Assembly: GCA_937870645.1 (NCBI GenBank)
Contig: CALMZF010000097.1
Coordinates: 1 to 49,061, forward strand
DNA length: 49,061 nt
Source: an uncultured Paludibacter sp.
GTDB taxonomy: Bacteria; Bacteroidota; Bacteroidia; Bacteroidales; Paludibacteraceae
Direction: 5' to 3'
Below, piece after piece: positions 1-7,613 of the stretch; positions within the stretch are counted from its first letter, which is position 1; every line of letters starts with the position of its first letter. The notes beneath the pieces were generated by a model. It saw only the letters and a list, made by a program, of their open reading frames with translations, made no database searches and was not told the DNA's origin. A program made the translations under genes and the position numbers.

Positions 1-176
1 GGGTTTCGACAATGGTTTCAATAAATCTGTTTTTTTTTCTCTTAAACACGTTATTTACGATGTGTTAGTTGTGTAATCTTTATATGTACTGACAGTGATT
101 GTTCTGAGAAATATATAAGATGAAATGGCTTTTTCACACAAAAAAACCATTTCATCTCGTTTATAAACAGAATTTC

Positions 177-1001
177 TTATTTTATTGACAAATAACCTAC
201 TTTATCAATTAATTCCTGTCCCTCAGCTGAGAGGACAAAGTTTACAAATGGTTTCACGCTTGCTTCTTTCTTGGTATCGTAATAAAAATACAGCGGTCTT
301 ACTATGGGATATTTGCCTGCCTTGCTATTGGCTACAGTAGGTTCAATATAATTTTTACCACCATCGAAAGATACCCAGATTTCTTTCACATTTTTGGTTA
401 CATACGCCATACCAACATATCCTATTGCACCTGGAGTCTGGCTGATTGACTGAATGATTGCACCGGTAGCGGGCATACTCAGAATACCGGATTTATAGTT
501 TTTGTTTTTCAATACATGTTCTTTGAAGAATTCGTAAGTACCGGATGTTGTTTCGCGTGAATAAGCTGTAATCGCTAAATCAGCGCCTCCCACCTGTTTC
601 CAGTTCGTTATCTTACCTGTGAAGATACTTTCAAGCTGTTCGCGTGTGAGTTTTGTTACTTTATTGGAAGGATGCACAATTACAGTAAGTGCATCTTTGG
701 CTATAACCACTTGTTTTGCGGTTTTTCCACCGTTTTGCATTTTCATTTTCTCATCAAACTTTATACTGCGCGAAGCCATAGCTATATCAGTAGTACCTTC
801 GATAAGTGCTGCAAAGCCGATACCCGAACCACCGCCGGTTACTGTTAACTTAGCCGAAGGATTATTCTTCATATATGCTTCTGCTTCTTTTTGGGCTAAA
901 GGGAGTACTGTGTCGGAGCCTTTAATTTTTTGTGCCATCGTCATGGAAGCAATTATGGCAATCATTGCAAGTGATAGAAAAAATCTTTTCATAATTTTCA
1001 T
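177..1001 (-). CDS. pstS: Phosphate ABC transporter substrate-binding protein PstS family
   Basis: N-terminal signal peptide (MKRFFLSLAMIAIIASMTMAQ), then SDTVLPLA and TGGGSGIGFAAL motifs typical of PstS/PBP-like proteins. Lies next to a porin and a PhoR-like kinase. Confidence 0.85.
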   Translation of the reverse strand: MKIMKRFFLSLAMIAIIASMTMAQKIKGSDTVLPLAQKEAEAYMKNNPSAKLTVTGGGSGIGFAALIEGTTDIAMASRSIKFDEKMKMQNGGKTAKQVVIAKDALTVIVHPSNKVTKLTREQLESIFTGKITNWKQVGGADLAITAYSRETTSGTYEFFKEHVLKNKNYKSGILSMPATGAIIQSISQTPGAIGYVGMAYVTKNVKEIWVSFDGGKNYIEPTVANSKAGKYPIVRPLYFYYDTKKEASVKPFVNFVLSAEGQELIDKVGYLSIK

Positions 1002-1053
1002 ATTTTTATAATGTTGTTATCCGATTAATAATCTTCTGTTTTTTTTGTTAGTG

Positions 1054-1061
1054 CAAAATTA
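1054..1061 (-). promoter_or_regulatory. Bacteroidota -7 promoter box (TAnnTTTG) for pstS
   Basis: CAAAATTA on the + strand equals TAATTTTG on the - strand, 52 nt upstream of ATG 1001. Confidence 0.4.
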
Positions 1062-1120
1062 ATTTCCTGATATTACAATCCCGTTACAGACTTGTGAAGT
1101 TCGGATTAATATCAAGGGGT

Positions 1121-1175
1121 GAAAAATGGGGAGTAAATTCAACAGGATTATTCGTCCGGAATATGCTTACTCCCC
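1121..1175 (-). terminator. Hairpin between porin and pstS, a possible weak or partial terminator
   Basis: GGGGAGTAA (1128-1136) pairs with TTACTCCCC (1167-1175), followed on the minus strand by ATTTTTC. The ~30-nt loop is large. Confidence 0.4.
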
Positions 1176-1184
1176 GTGTGGTTG

Positions 1185-2498
1185 TCAGAATTTATATTGC
1201 AGTCGTAAGGTAAAGGTATTGTCTTTTTGATCGGAGGTGAAGGCAGCCAGAGCGGATGTGGTTTCGTTCTTTACAAATTCATAATAAGCCTGTAGACGCA
1301 AACTTGGCTGAATACGCCACAAAAGTCCAAGACCCAGCGTGCTGTATTTTATATCGGCTTTGCTGGTAGAAACTCCTCCAGAATACGCGCTTCCTACTTC
1401 ATTGCCGCTAATTGCTGTATTCGGGTCGTAAACATCATATTTCACAACAGCCGAGAAGGGAATTTGACCGATGTCCTGTACCAGTATAGCATACCATCCG
1501 TTAATCGGACGAAGATAGGTGTCATATGCATTGGTACCCGAAGGAATTGACGGCCGATTAGGACTGGCTGTGCTCGACGAGCTGCCCGGCTGTGTTCCCC
1601 AGATGTATTCTCCTCGCAATTGGGTCATTCCCACGGGAGATTCAAAACTCAGCTGTCCGTCAAATCCGATATATTCCCGCTTAGCAAACTGACCAATGTT
1701 TTCGTCGCTGGTATTTGCGGCAAAACCGCCATCATTCATGGTATACACTTTAGCAGTGGTCTGATATACTCCACCGTTGTAGTACGAAGCTCCCAATCCC
1801 CAGCGGGCTGTATTGCCTATCGGTTTTGTGGCGACAATGTGTCCGATAAAGTCCTTGCGGTTATCCGTTTCGGGATTGATGGCATTGCCGGCAAAGAGGC
1901 CCCCTTCGAATTTCAGGAAATTGAACGAAGACGTCGCGGCAGGTTGCAGTACCAGCATACCTCCTAAATCGGTTTCTTCGGGGAATAACTGATTGACTAT
2001 GCGTGACCGCTCGGGCGATTCGAGAAGAGAGGAAGAATATGAAATTTCGTTTCCAAACGGACGATCGAAAATACCGGCTCTCAGTGCTGAGGTTTTTAAC
2101 CATGGAGCTTTTACGTTAAGATAAGCCTCTTTGAGTTGTACGGTTGCTCCTGATAGCCCCGGTTTGTCGATGATATTCAACTGAAATACTCCTGAAGCCA
2201 GTTCACCTGCATCATAGGTAAATTTCAAACGTCCGCGACGAATACCTATACGATTGAAAGATTTTGTAGCATCTGTATTGGCCGTACCCACTCTCAGAGC
2301 AGCCGATTCTTCGCCCCACTGATATTGTGGCTGAATGTAGCCGGTAATTTTCAGATTGTTCAGTTTGGAAATGGTAACATCATGTGTTTCCACTTTTTGC
2401 TGAACTTGTTCGAGCGGAGTTAAATTTTCATCCTGCGCTGTGGCGGTAAATACCGATGTTGCAATGGCAACGGTGTAAAGAATACTTTTTAGTCTCAT
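1185..2498 (-). CDS. Outer-membrane porin, likely phosphate-selective porin O/P-like
   Basis: Signal peptide ending ...FTATAQ, alternating beta-strand pattern and a C-terminal ...LRLQYKF aromatic terminus. Sits directly upstream of pstS on the same strand. Confidence 0.6.
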   Translation of the reverse strand: MRLKSILYTVAIATSVFTATAQDENLTPLEQVQQKVETHDVTISKLNNLKITGYIQPQYQWGEESAALRVGTANTDATKSFNRIGIRRGRLKFTYDAGELASGVFQLNIIDKPGLSGATVQLKEAYLNVKAPWLKTSALRAGIFDRPFGNEISYSSSLLESPERSRIVNQLFPEETDLGGMLVLQPAATSSFNFLKFEGGLFAGNAINPETDNRKDFIGHIVATKPIGNTARWGLGASYYNGGVYQTTAKVYTMNDGGFAANTSDENIGQFAKREYIGFDGQLSFESPVGMTQLRGEYIWGTQPGSSSSTASPNRPSIPSGTNAYDTYLRPINGWYAILVQDIGQIPFSAVVKYDVYDPNTAISGNEVGSAYSGGVSTSKADIKYSTLGLGLLWRIQPSLRLQAYYEFVKNETTSALAAFTSDQKDNTFTLRLQYKF

Positions 2499-2596
2499 AC
2501 TTTTATTTTACATTTAAGTGAATTGTCTTTATATAAGTATTTGTTTTCTGTCGAATTTAGTACAATGTAAACTTCATTGATTTAATTTTCACGACA

Positions 2597-2604
2597 CAAA
2601 ATTA
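2597..2604 (-). promoter_or_regulatory. Bacteroidota -7 promoter box for the porin gene
   Basis: CAAAATTA on + equals TAATTTTG on -, 98 nt upstream of ATG 2498. Confidence 0.4.
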
Positions 2605-2614
2605 TACCTACATT

Positions 2615-2642
2615 ATTACAATAATATTACACAAACATTAAA
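2615..2642 (-). promoter_or_regulatory. Three hexamer direct repeats at exact 11-bp phasing, a candidate Pho-box-like response-regulator site
   Basis: ATTACA (2615-2620), ATTACA (2626-2631) and ATTAAA (2637-2642). On the coding strand they read TTTAAT-N5-TGTAAT-N5-TGTAAT and start 10 bp upstream of the -7 box. Confidence 0.3.
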
Positions 2643-2778
2643 AAGAAAAGAAAGCAGAATGCAGAATAAAGAATACAGGTTTTGAATACTATTGGTAGGG
2701 AAAGACGGGTGGGTGATAAATAAAAAAAAATCCCTGCAACAGGCTGTAGCAGGGATTTTAATATCTGAATGGAATGAT

Positions 2779-4053
2779 TTATTTGTGCAGTGAGAAGACA
2801 AACTCCAGACCTCCGCCCGGTTTGTTATTAACCGATATGGTTCCTTTATGAGTTTCCACTGCGTTTTTCACAATCGAAAGTCCCAAACCGGTACCGCCGG
2901 TTTTACGCGAGCGGCCTTTGTCTACCCGGTAGAAACGATCAAACAGTGATGATAAATGTTCGGGACCAACACCCATACCATTGTCAGAAAATGAAAAAAA
3001 GAAATATTTTGCATCTTCACCGGTTAGGGCAATGAAAATTTTCACTTTATCGCCTCCGTAGGCTATGGAATTATCCATCAGATTTCGGAAAATGGAATAT
3101 ATAAGCATTTGATTGCCGCGCAGCCATACATCACCGCCAAATGAAGTATCGACTGTTATGTTTTTTTCATGAAGGATAATGTCCAGATCATCAGTTACAT
3201 TTTCTACAATCTTATTGATGCACACAGGTTCCATTTCCATAGTTTGTGGTGCTTCGTTCATCTGGTTCAGCAGCAGAACATCCTGCAGCAGTTGATTCAG
3301 TCGCACAGCATGTGAATGACTTCGTTTAATGAAGAAATCGCGACGCTCGGGAGTGATTTCAGGATTGTTGTAAAGTGTCTCCATGTACCCGATGATGCTG
3401 CTCAACGGCGTTTTAAGTTCATGTGCCACCTGTTGGGTCAGTTTACGGCGCACCAGTGAGTTTTGTTCCATCTGCTCGTGTCGCATCTGGATAGTAAATC
3501 TGTTTGAGAAATAAAACAGTATGGCGATAACTATAAAGGTAAGCACCAGCCAAAAGTACAGGAAAAGATTATCGGGAGAAAGGACCGATGAGACGTTCAC
3601 ATTAAAAGGTAGCGATGAGCGTACATAGCAGTTATCGAAACGGGTGGCGTGATAATAATAAGGCACACGGTTGGTTTTAGATGTCCGTATGTCCGAACCC
3701 GAACCTTTTTTTCGGGCTTCCATCACCTCGTTTCGCGACAGATGATTATCCATTTTAGACACATCCCGAACCACATCATCATACACCACTTTTCCCGAAA
3801 GATCGATTATTGTTATCCGTTCATCTTTGAAAGTCGAATTTTTGATAAGTGAATCGAGAAGATTGAGCGAGCCCCCGGAGTGTTCCAGAAAATAAAAAAT
3901 AGCAGCGTTGGTATCTTCAAGTCTCATATCCAACACATCAGCCTTGTATTTTTTTTCTCTTTGGTATTGAAAGGCAAGTACCGAAATGGAAAAGACCAGA
4001 AAAATCGGCAGATAATAACGGATAAACAGGGTTTTGGTGTTGTATGACTTCAT
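2779..4053 (-). CDS. Sensor histidine kinase, PhoR-like, with two TM segments and a periplasmic sensor
   Basis: H-box VAHELKTPLSSIIGY, N-box FRNLMDNSIAYG, G-boxes FSDNGMGV and GGTGLGLSIV. The N-terminal TM, a ~150-aa loop and a second TM are visible. Confidence 0.85.
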   Translation of the reverse strand: MKSYNTKTLFIRYYLPIFLVFSISVLAFQYQREKKYKADVLDMRLEDTNAAIFYFLEHSGGSLNLLDSLIKNSTFKDERITIIDLSGKVVYDDVVRDVSKMDNHLSRNEVMEARKKGSGSDIRTSKTNRVPYYYHATRFDNCYVRSSLPFNVNVSSVLSPDNLFLYFWLVLTFIVIAILFYFSNRFTIQMRHEQMEQNSLVRRKLTQQVAHELKTPLSSIIGYMETLYNNPEITPERRDFFIKRSHSHAVRLNQLLQDVLLLNQMNEAPQTMEMEPVCINKIVENVTDDLDIILHEKNITVDTSFGGDVWLRGNQMLIYSIFRNLMDNSIAYGGDKVKIFIALTGEDAKYFFFSFSDNGMGVGPEHLSSLFDRFYRVDKGRSRKTGGTGLGLSIVKNAVETHKGTISVNNKPGGGLEFVFSLHK

Positions 4054-4098
4054 GTTATTCCTTTGATGATAGCTAAAAATGTTAACAATTTACCGGTG

Positions 4099-4106
4099 CA
4101 AAGATA
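4099..4106 (-). promoter_or_regulatory. Bacteroidota -7 promoter box for the histidine kinase
   Basis: CAAAGATA on + equals TATCTTTG on -, 45 nt upstream of ATG 4053. Confidence 0.45.
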
Positions 4107-4170
4107 GATTGTTTTTAGGTAATACATGTTTCAAAACTATTAAATTCCTATTAGTAAGCAATTTCAGCTC

Positions 4171-4659
4171 TCACTCCGAATCATTTGTAGTCGAATTTAA
4201 AATATTATCAATAAAATTCTGTGTTATTTTTCCGTTGAACCACACAATGTTTGTCTTCAAACCGTTTTTAGTTACTATCATTACATCTGCTTTGCCCCGT
4301 GATTTCAACCGTTTGTAAATATACGTTTTATTGGTTTTGCTGCGGGTAGAGAATATGGTATCGAATTTTCCCTTATCAATAATTTTATGCAGATCACCCG
4401 CAAATTTCGAGGTTAACTTTAAGTTGGTGCTGTCTTCGGTCAAAGTCAGTATTTTCAATCCGTTCAGTATGGGTAGCTCACCGCCGGTATCCACCGAAAT
4501 TCCAGATAGTATGGATGAAAAGAACTTTCCGGTATTCACATTGGTGTATTCCACCTGTTTGTTTTTGGCGTATTTACGGAAAAATCTGTTCAGATTTTGT
4601 GCCTGACCCATGGCAGTACACAGCATAATGGCGAAAAGCAGGGCTGTAAGTTTTTTCAT
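4171..4659 (-). CDS. DUF4252-like secreted protein
   Basis: Signal peptide MKKLTALLFAIMLCTAMGQAQ, then NRFFRKYAK...EYTNV...LKILTLTED, as in DUF4252 proteins found downstream of ECF sigma operons. Start moved to ATG 4659. Confidence 0.6.
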   Translation of the reverse strand: MKKLTALLFAIMLCTAMGQAQNLNRFFRKYAKNKQVEYTNVNTGKFFSSILSGISVDTGGELPILNGLKILTLTEDSTNLKLTSKFAGDLHKIIDKGKFDTIFSTRSKTNKTYIYKRLKSRGKADVMIVTKNGLKTNIVWFNGKITQNFIDNILNSTTNDSE

Positions 4660-4736
4660 GACAGGTGTAATTGACAGTGATACAATGTTTCGATGAAAAG
4701 CCGGCATGCACTAATGCCGGCTTTAATTAGTGGTTT

Positions 4737-5225
4737 TTATTCTCCGTTTTGATTGTTGTCGTTCATTATTCTGGCCATTTCTTCGGGTGTGATTTTCCCT
4801 TTCAACCAGATCACCGTGGTTTCTTTTGGCTCTTTGGTGATGATGAGCATATCGGCATTGTTTTTAGCGTCTATCCGCTTGTAAATGTAGGTACGTTCAT
4901 TTTTTTCGCGTGCTTCCACCATGGTTTCGAAATCTCCTTTTGCTACAATATCATTCAGTTCATTGATAAATGAATTGGAGAGCCCTGAGTTGGTATCTTC
5001 TTCGAGTGTCAGAATTTTTACACCTTTCATTTTCGAAATCATGTTTTTGGCTTCACGGTCTACGCCCGAAAATGCGGAGGCGAGATTCATCAATCCGCTG
5101 CCTACCGATACATACCCAAACCGTTCGTCGTCGGAAAATTTGTTGAAAAATTTGTCTAATGACTGAGCGCGGGCAGCCGAAGCAAACATAATAAGGACGG
5201 CTAATCCCATAAATAACTTTTTCAT
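4737..5225 (-). CDS. DUF4252-like secreted protein, paralogue of 4171..4659
   Basis: Signal peptide MKKLFMGLAVLIMFASAARAQ. Same layout as its neighbour (DKFFNKF...VKILTLEED...YIYKR...MLIITK). Start moved to ATG 5225. Confidence 0.6.
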   Translation of the reverse strand: MKKLFMGLAVLIMFASAARAQSLDKFFNKFSDDERFGYVSVGSGLMNLASAFSGVDREAKNMISKMKGVKILTLEEDTNSGLSNSFINELNDIVAKGDFETMVEAREKNERTYIYKRIDAKNNADMLIITKEPKETTVIWLKGKITPEEMARIMNDNNQNGE

Positions 5226-5324
5226 ACGATTATTTTTTAAAAATTTTTGTAATTTGTTTTTTGGTACGAATTCAGCATTGGTTTTCCCGGGTCTGAATAT
5301 CAAGCAATGCTGGTTTCGTGTCTG

Positions 5325-5840
5325 TTATTTTATTTTTGATAATTTGTTGTGTATATCCTGTTTTATTTGGTTGATTTTCTCTATTTTCTCTATTTTCTCC
5401 ATTTTGGTCTCCACTTTACCCAGGGTTTGCATGGGTTCCAGCCTGCGGGTAACCACTGCCAGTGATTTTTCCAGTTTTTTTCGGGCCATTTGTTGAGCAA
5501 GTTCCGGATTATTGATGCGTTTGCCATGCTGTATCAGGTAATCCTCAGAGAGTGACGGAGTTCTGATCACTGTTATAGCCAAGAGGCACGCTGCAATGCC
5601 TGAAAGGGTGAGCAGGATAATTTTTCTATTTATCTTTTTTGCCTTCTCATCTTCAGTTATTGGTGTGATGGAAGGGGAAATTTCAGTTCTTTCACTCTCA
5701 AACAGACAAAATAAAGACTTATATATCACGTGATTTTCGGCGATATTTTCTCCGTTGAAGTAAGTTTTCAGCTCTTTTTCTTCAGCCAGCGTACTGGTTC
5801 CCTCAAAGTATTTTTTCAGCAACTCATCTATTCGTTCCAT
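5325..5840 (-). CDS. Putative anti-sigma factor: single-pass membrane protein
   Basis: Overlaps the ECF sigma gene by 13 nt. N-terminal cytoplasmic helix region (YFEGTSTLAEEKELKTYF), one TM (IILLTLSGIAACLLAITVI) and a charged C-terminal tail. Confidence 0.45.
   Translation of the reverse strand: MERIDELLKKYFEGTSTLAEEKELKTYFNGENIAENHVIYKSLFCLFESERTEISPSITPITEDEKAKKINRKIILLTLSGIAACLLAITVIRTPSLSEDYLIQHGKRINNPELAQQMARKKLEKSLAVVTRRLEPMQTLGKVETKMEKIEKIEKINQIKQDIHNKLSKIK
5374..5409. repeat. 9-bp tandem repeat (ATTTTCTCT x3 plus a degenerate fourth unit) inside a CDS
   Basis: Units at 5374-5382, 5383-5391 and 5392-5400, with a partial unit at 5401-5409. They encode ...KMEKIEKIEKI... on the minus strand. 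Confidence 0.8.
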
Positions 5841-6346
5841 ATTGTGTTATTTGTAGCTTGTAATTCGTTCAAAATTTGTGTTTTAACTTTTGTGCGTGCA
5901 CGTGAAAGATTTACGGTAACTGCGTTTTCGGTCAAATTCATAATGTAAGCTATTTCACTGATTTCCATCTCCTCCACATCGCGCATTCGCATGATGCTTC
6001 GCTGCATCTCAGGTAGCCGGTCGATGAGACCTTTTATTCTGTCAGTCAGGTCATTGAGTTCCGTTTGTTCATACGGATTTTTGTTTTTGCTGATCAGTTC
6101 TTCATTTAATTCGCTCGTATCGTGCACTTTGCGGATTTTGTCCAGGCAGAGGTTTCGCATGGTTCGCATTGCGAAACCCTCCGGATTTTCAACCGTATCC
6201 AGTTCGTCGTGTTTCTCCCAAAGTTTCAGCTGCACTTCCTGCAAGGCATCCTCAGCCTCTTCGGCATGGCGAAGCATCGATTTTGCCAGTCGGTATAGTT
6301 TGCCGGAAAGCGCAGTGAATAATGAGTTGAACATTGAAGCATCCAT
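5828..6346 (-). CDS. ECF (sigma-70 family, group 4) RNA polymerase sigma factor
   Basis: Region 2 (DALQEVQLKLWEK...NPEGFAMRTMRNLCLDKIRK) and region 4 HTH (LPEMQRSIMRMRDVEEMEISEIAYIMNLTENAVTVNLSRAR). Confidence 0.85.
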   Translation of the reverse strand: MDASMFNSLFTALSGKLYRLAKSMLRHAEEAEDALQEVQLKLWEKHDELDTVENPEGFAMRTMRNLCLDKIRKVHDTSELNEELISKNKNPYEQTELNDLTDRIKGLIDRLPEMQRSIMRMRDVEEMEISEIAYIMNLTENAVTVNLSRARTKVKTQILNELQATNNTIWNE

Positions 6347-6453
6347 ACACTATAAATGACGAATGGATAGAAAAAATATTACATTGAAAATAAAAAAAAA
6401 GAATTTCCTCCAAAAAAAATGGCTTTTGAAACCTTTAAGAGCTCTGTTTTGTA

Positions 6454-6498
6454 TAAAAAAAGCATGGTGTAAAATTCCTGAAAATTTTTATCCCATGC
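6454..6498 (-). terminator. Candidate intrinsic terminator after the NlpC/P60-like gene
   Basis: GCATGG (6462-6467) pairs with CCATGC (6493-6498). An A8 run on + gives a U-tract on the minus strand. The loop is large. Confidence 0.35.
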
Positions 6499-6529
6499 GT
6501 TTCTGTTTTTTATATAAAATAGTTTTCAG

Positions 6530-7303
6530 TTACAAAATTCGTTTTATCACCCTCAGTTTATGAGTGTAATCTCCGGTTTGGGACGAAATAATTCCCTGAC
6601 TGTCAATTATTTCAATTTTTACATGACCCGAAGAATGGATGATTTGATGTGAATTGATGAGAATTCCGGTTGACACGATGTTACCTTCCTCATTTTCGAA
6701 AAAAGCCAGGTCGCCGGCCTGCACTTCCGACAGAAAATCGACAACTGTTCCAAATTCCACCTGTTGCGAAGCGTAGCGGGGAAGCAATACGCCAATCATC
6801 GAAAATACGATTTGCACCAAACCCGAACTGTCAATGCCGAAAATACTTTTTCCACCCCGGAGATTGGGGGCATTTACATATTGATTGGCCAGTTCAATAA
6901 CCAGTTGTCCGTTGTTGTTTTTAGTAAATACCGGCTCAAACTGAGCAAGTTGGTATATCTCATCCTGCAATTCGAATTGTTCGCGCTGTACCGGTGGCAG
7001 CATACTTCCTCCGGGCAGCGTAATTTTCTCCACACTCGAAGTCCTGAAACATACTACCAGCGGCGTTTTGGCAGCTCTGAATGCTGAAGTGTCTGAAGGT
7101 GCAGCAGTAAAATACCGTGGCGAAAGCGTTCTCTTGCCTATCCACCCAGTGCAATTATCGGTCAGATTTTTTACCAGATACCAGCTATCGGTGGTTTCGA
7201 GAATTTCGACCTGCTGCCCGAAAAGCAATTGCGAGATCATTTCGCTGCGCTCATCGGCCTCGGCGCGAAGTGGAATTAGTGGAAGAGTGATGATTGTGAA
7301 CAT
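6530..7303 (-). CDS. SH3-domain plus NlpC/P60 (C40)-like protein with substituted catalytic residues
   Basis: N-terminal SH3b-like segment (PLRAEADERSEMISQLLFGQQVEILE...WYLVKN). C-terminal C40-like block GGKSIFGIDSSGLVQ...GDLAFF...IVSTGIL...IIHSSG. Confidence 0.7.
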   Translation of the reverse strand: MFTIITLPLIPLRAEADERSEMISQLLFGQQVEILETTDSWYLVKNLTDNCTGWIGKRTLSPRYFTAAPSDTSAFRAAKTPLVVCFRTSSVEKITLPGGSMLPPVQREQFELQDEIYQLAQFEPVFTKNNNGQLVIELANQYVNAPNLRGGKSIFGIDSSGLVQIVFSMIGVLLPRYASQQVEFGTVVDFLSEVQAGDLAFFENEEGNIVSTGILINSHQIIHSSGHVKIEIIDSQGIISSQTGDYTHKLRVIKRIL

Positions 7304-7391
7304 ATTTTTTTTATTTAAATGAGGGGGTATATCAAGTCAAAAAAAGAATAATCTGCCTGTCGGAGAACGGTATAAACATACTTCTTTTCTA

Positions 7392-7399
7392 CAAAAATA
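7392..7399 (-). promoter_or_regulatory. Bacteroidota -7 promoter box for the NlpC/P60-like gene
   Basis: CAAAAATA on + equals TATTTTTG on -, 88 nt upstream of ATG 7303. Confidence 0.35.
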
Positions 7400-7613
7400 A
7401 ATAAAGTTCAAACATTTTAGACAAGATTCCTGTTTTTTTTATACTTTTATACCTTTATAGAATGCTAAAAATCCGCGAAGTGTCATTCCGGTCGAATAAA
7501 CCTGGATATTTCTATAGTTAAACTTTAACACAGAAACCAATATTACTACTGGCTGAAACAGAAAATATGAAAATAATGGAAGTTTCACCTGAAAATACAA
7601 ACAGAATAATCCG

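Noticed and set aside
1-176. A gene might end at the left edge (frame 1 reads ...GFRQWFQ* ending at 24), and a GAAATGG/CCATTTC hairpin downstream of pstS might be a terminator.
   Set aside because: Only eight codons are visible, which cannot support a CDS call. The hairpin is a 7-bp stem with a long A/T loop and no clear U-tract on the pstS strand.
619-1011. A 130-aa plus-strand ORF overlaps pstS.
   Set aside because: It is antisense to the well-supported pstS CDS, hydrophobic and of low complexity, with no promoter box upstream.
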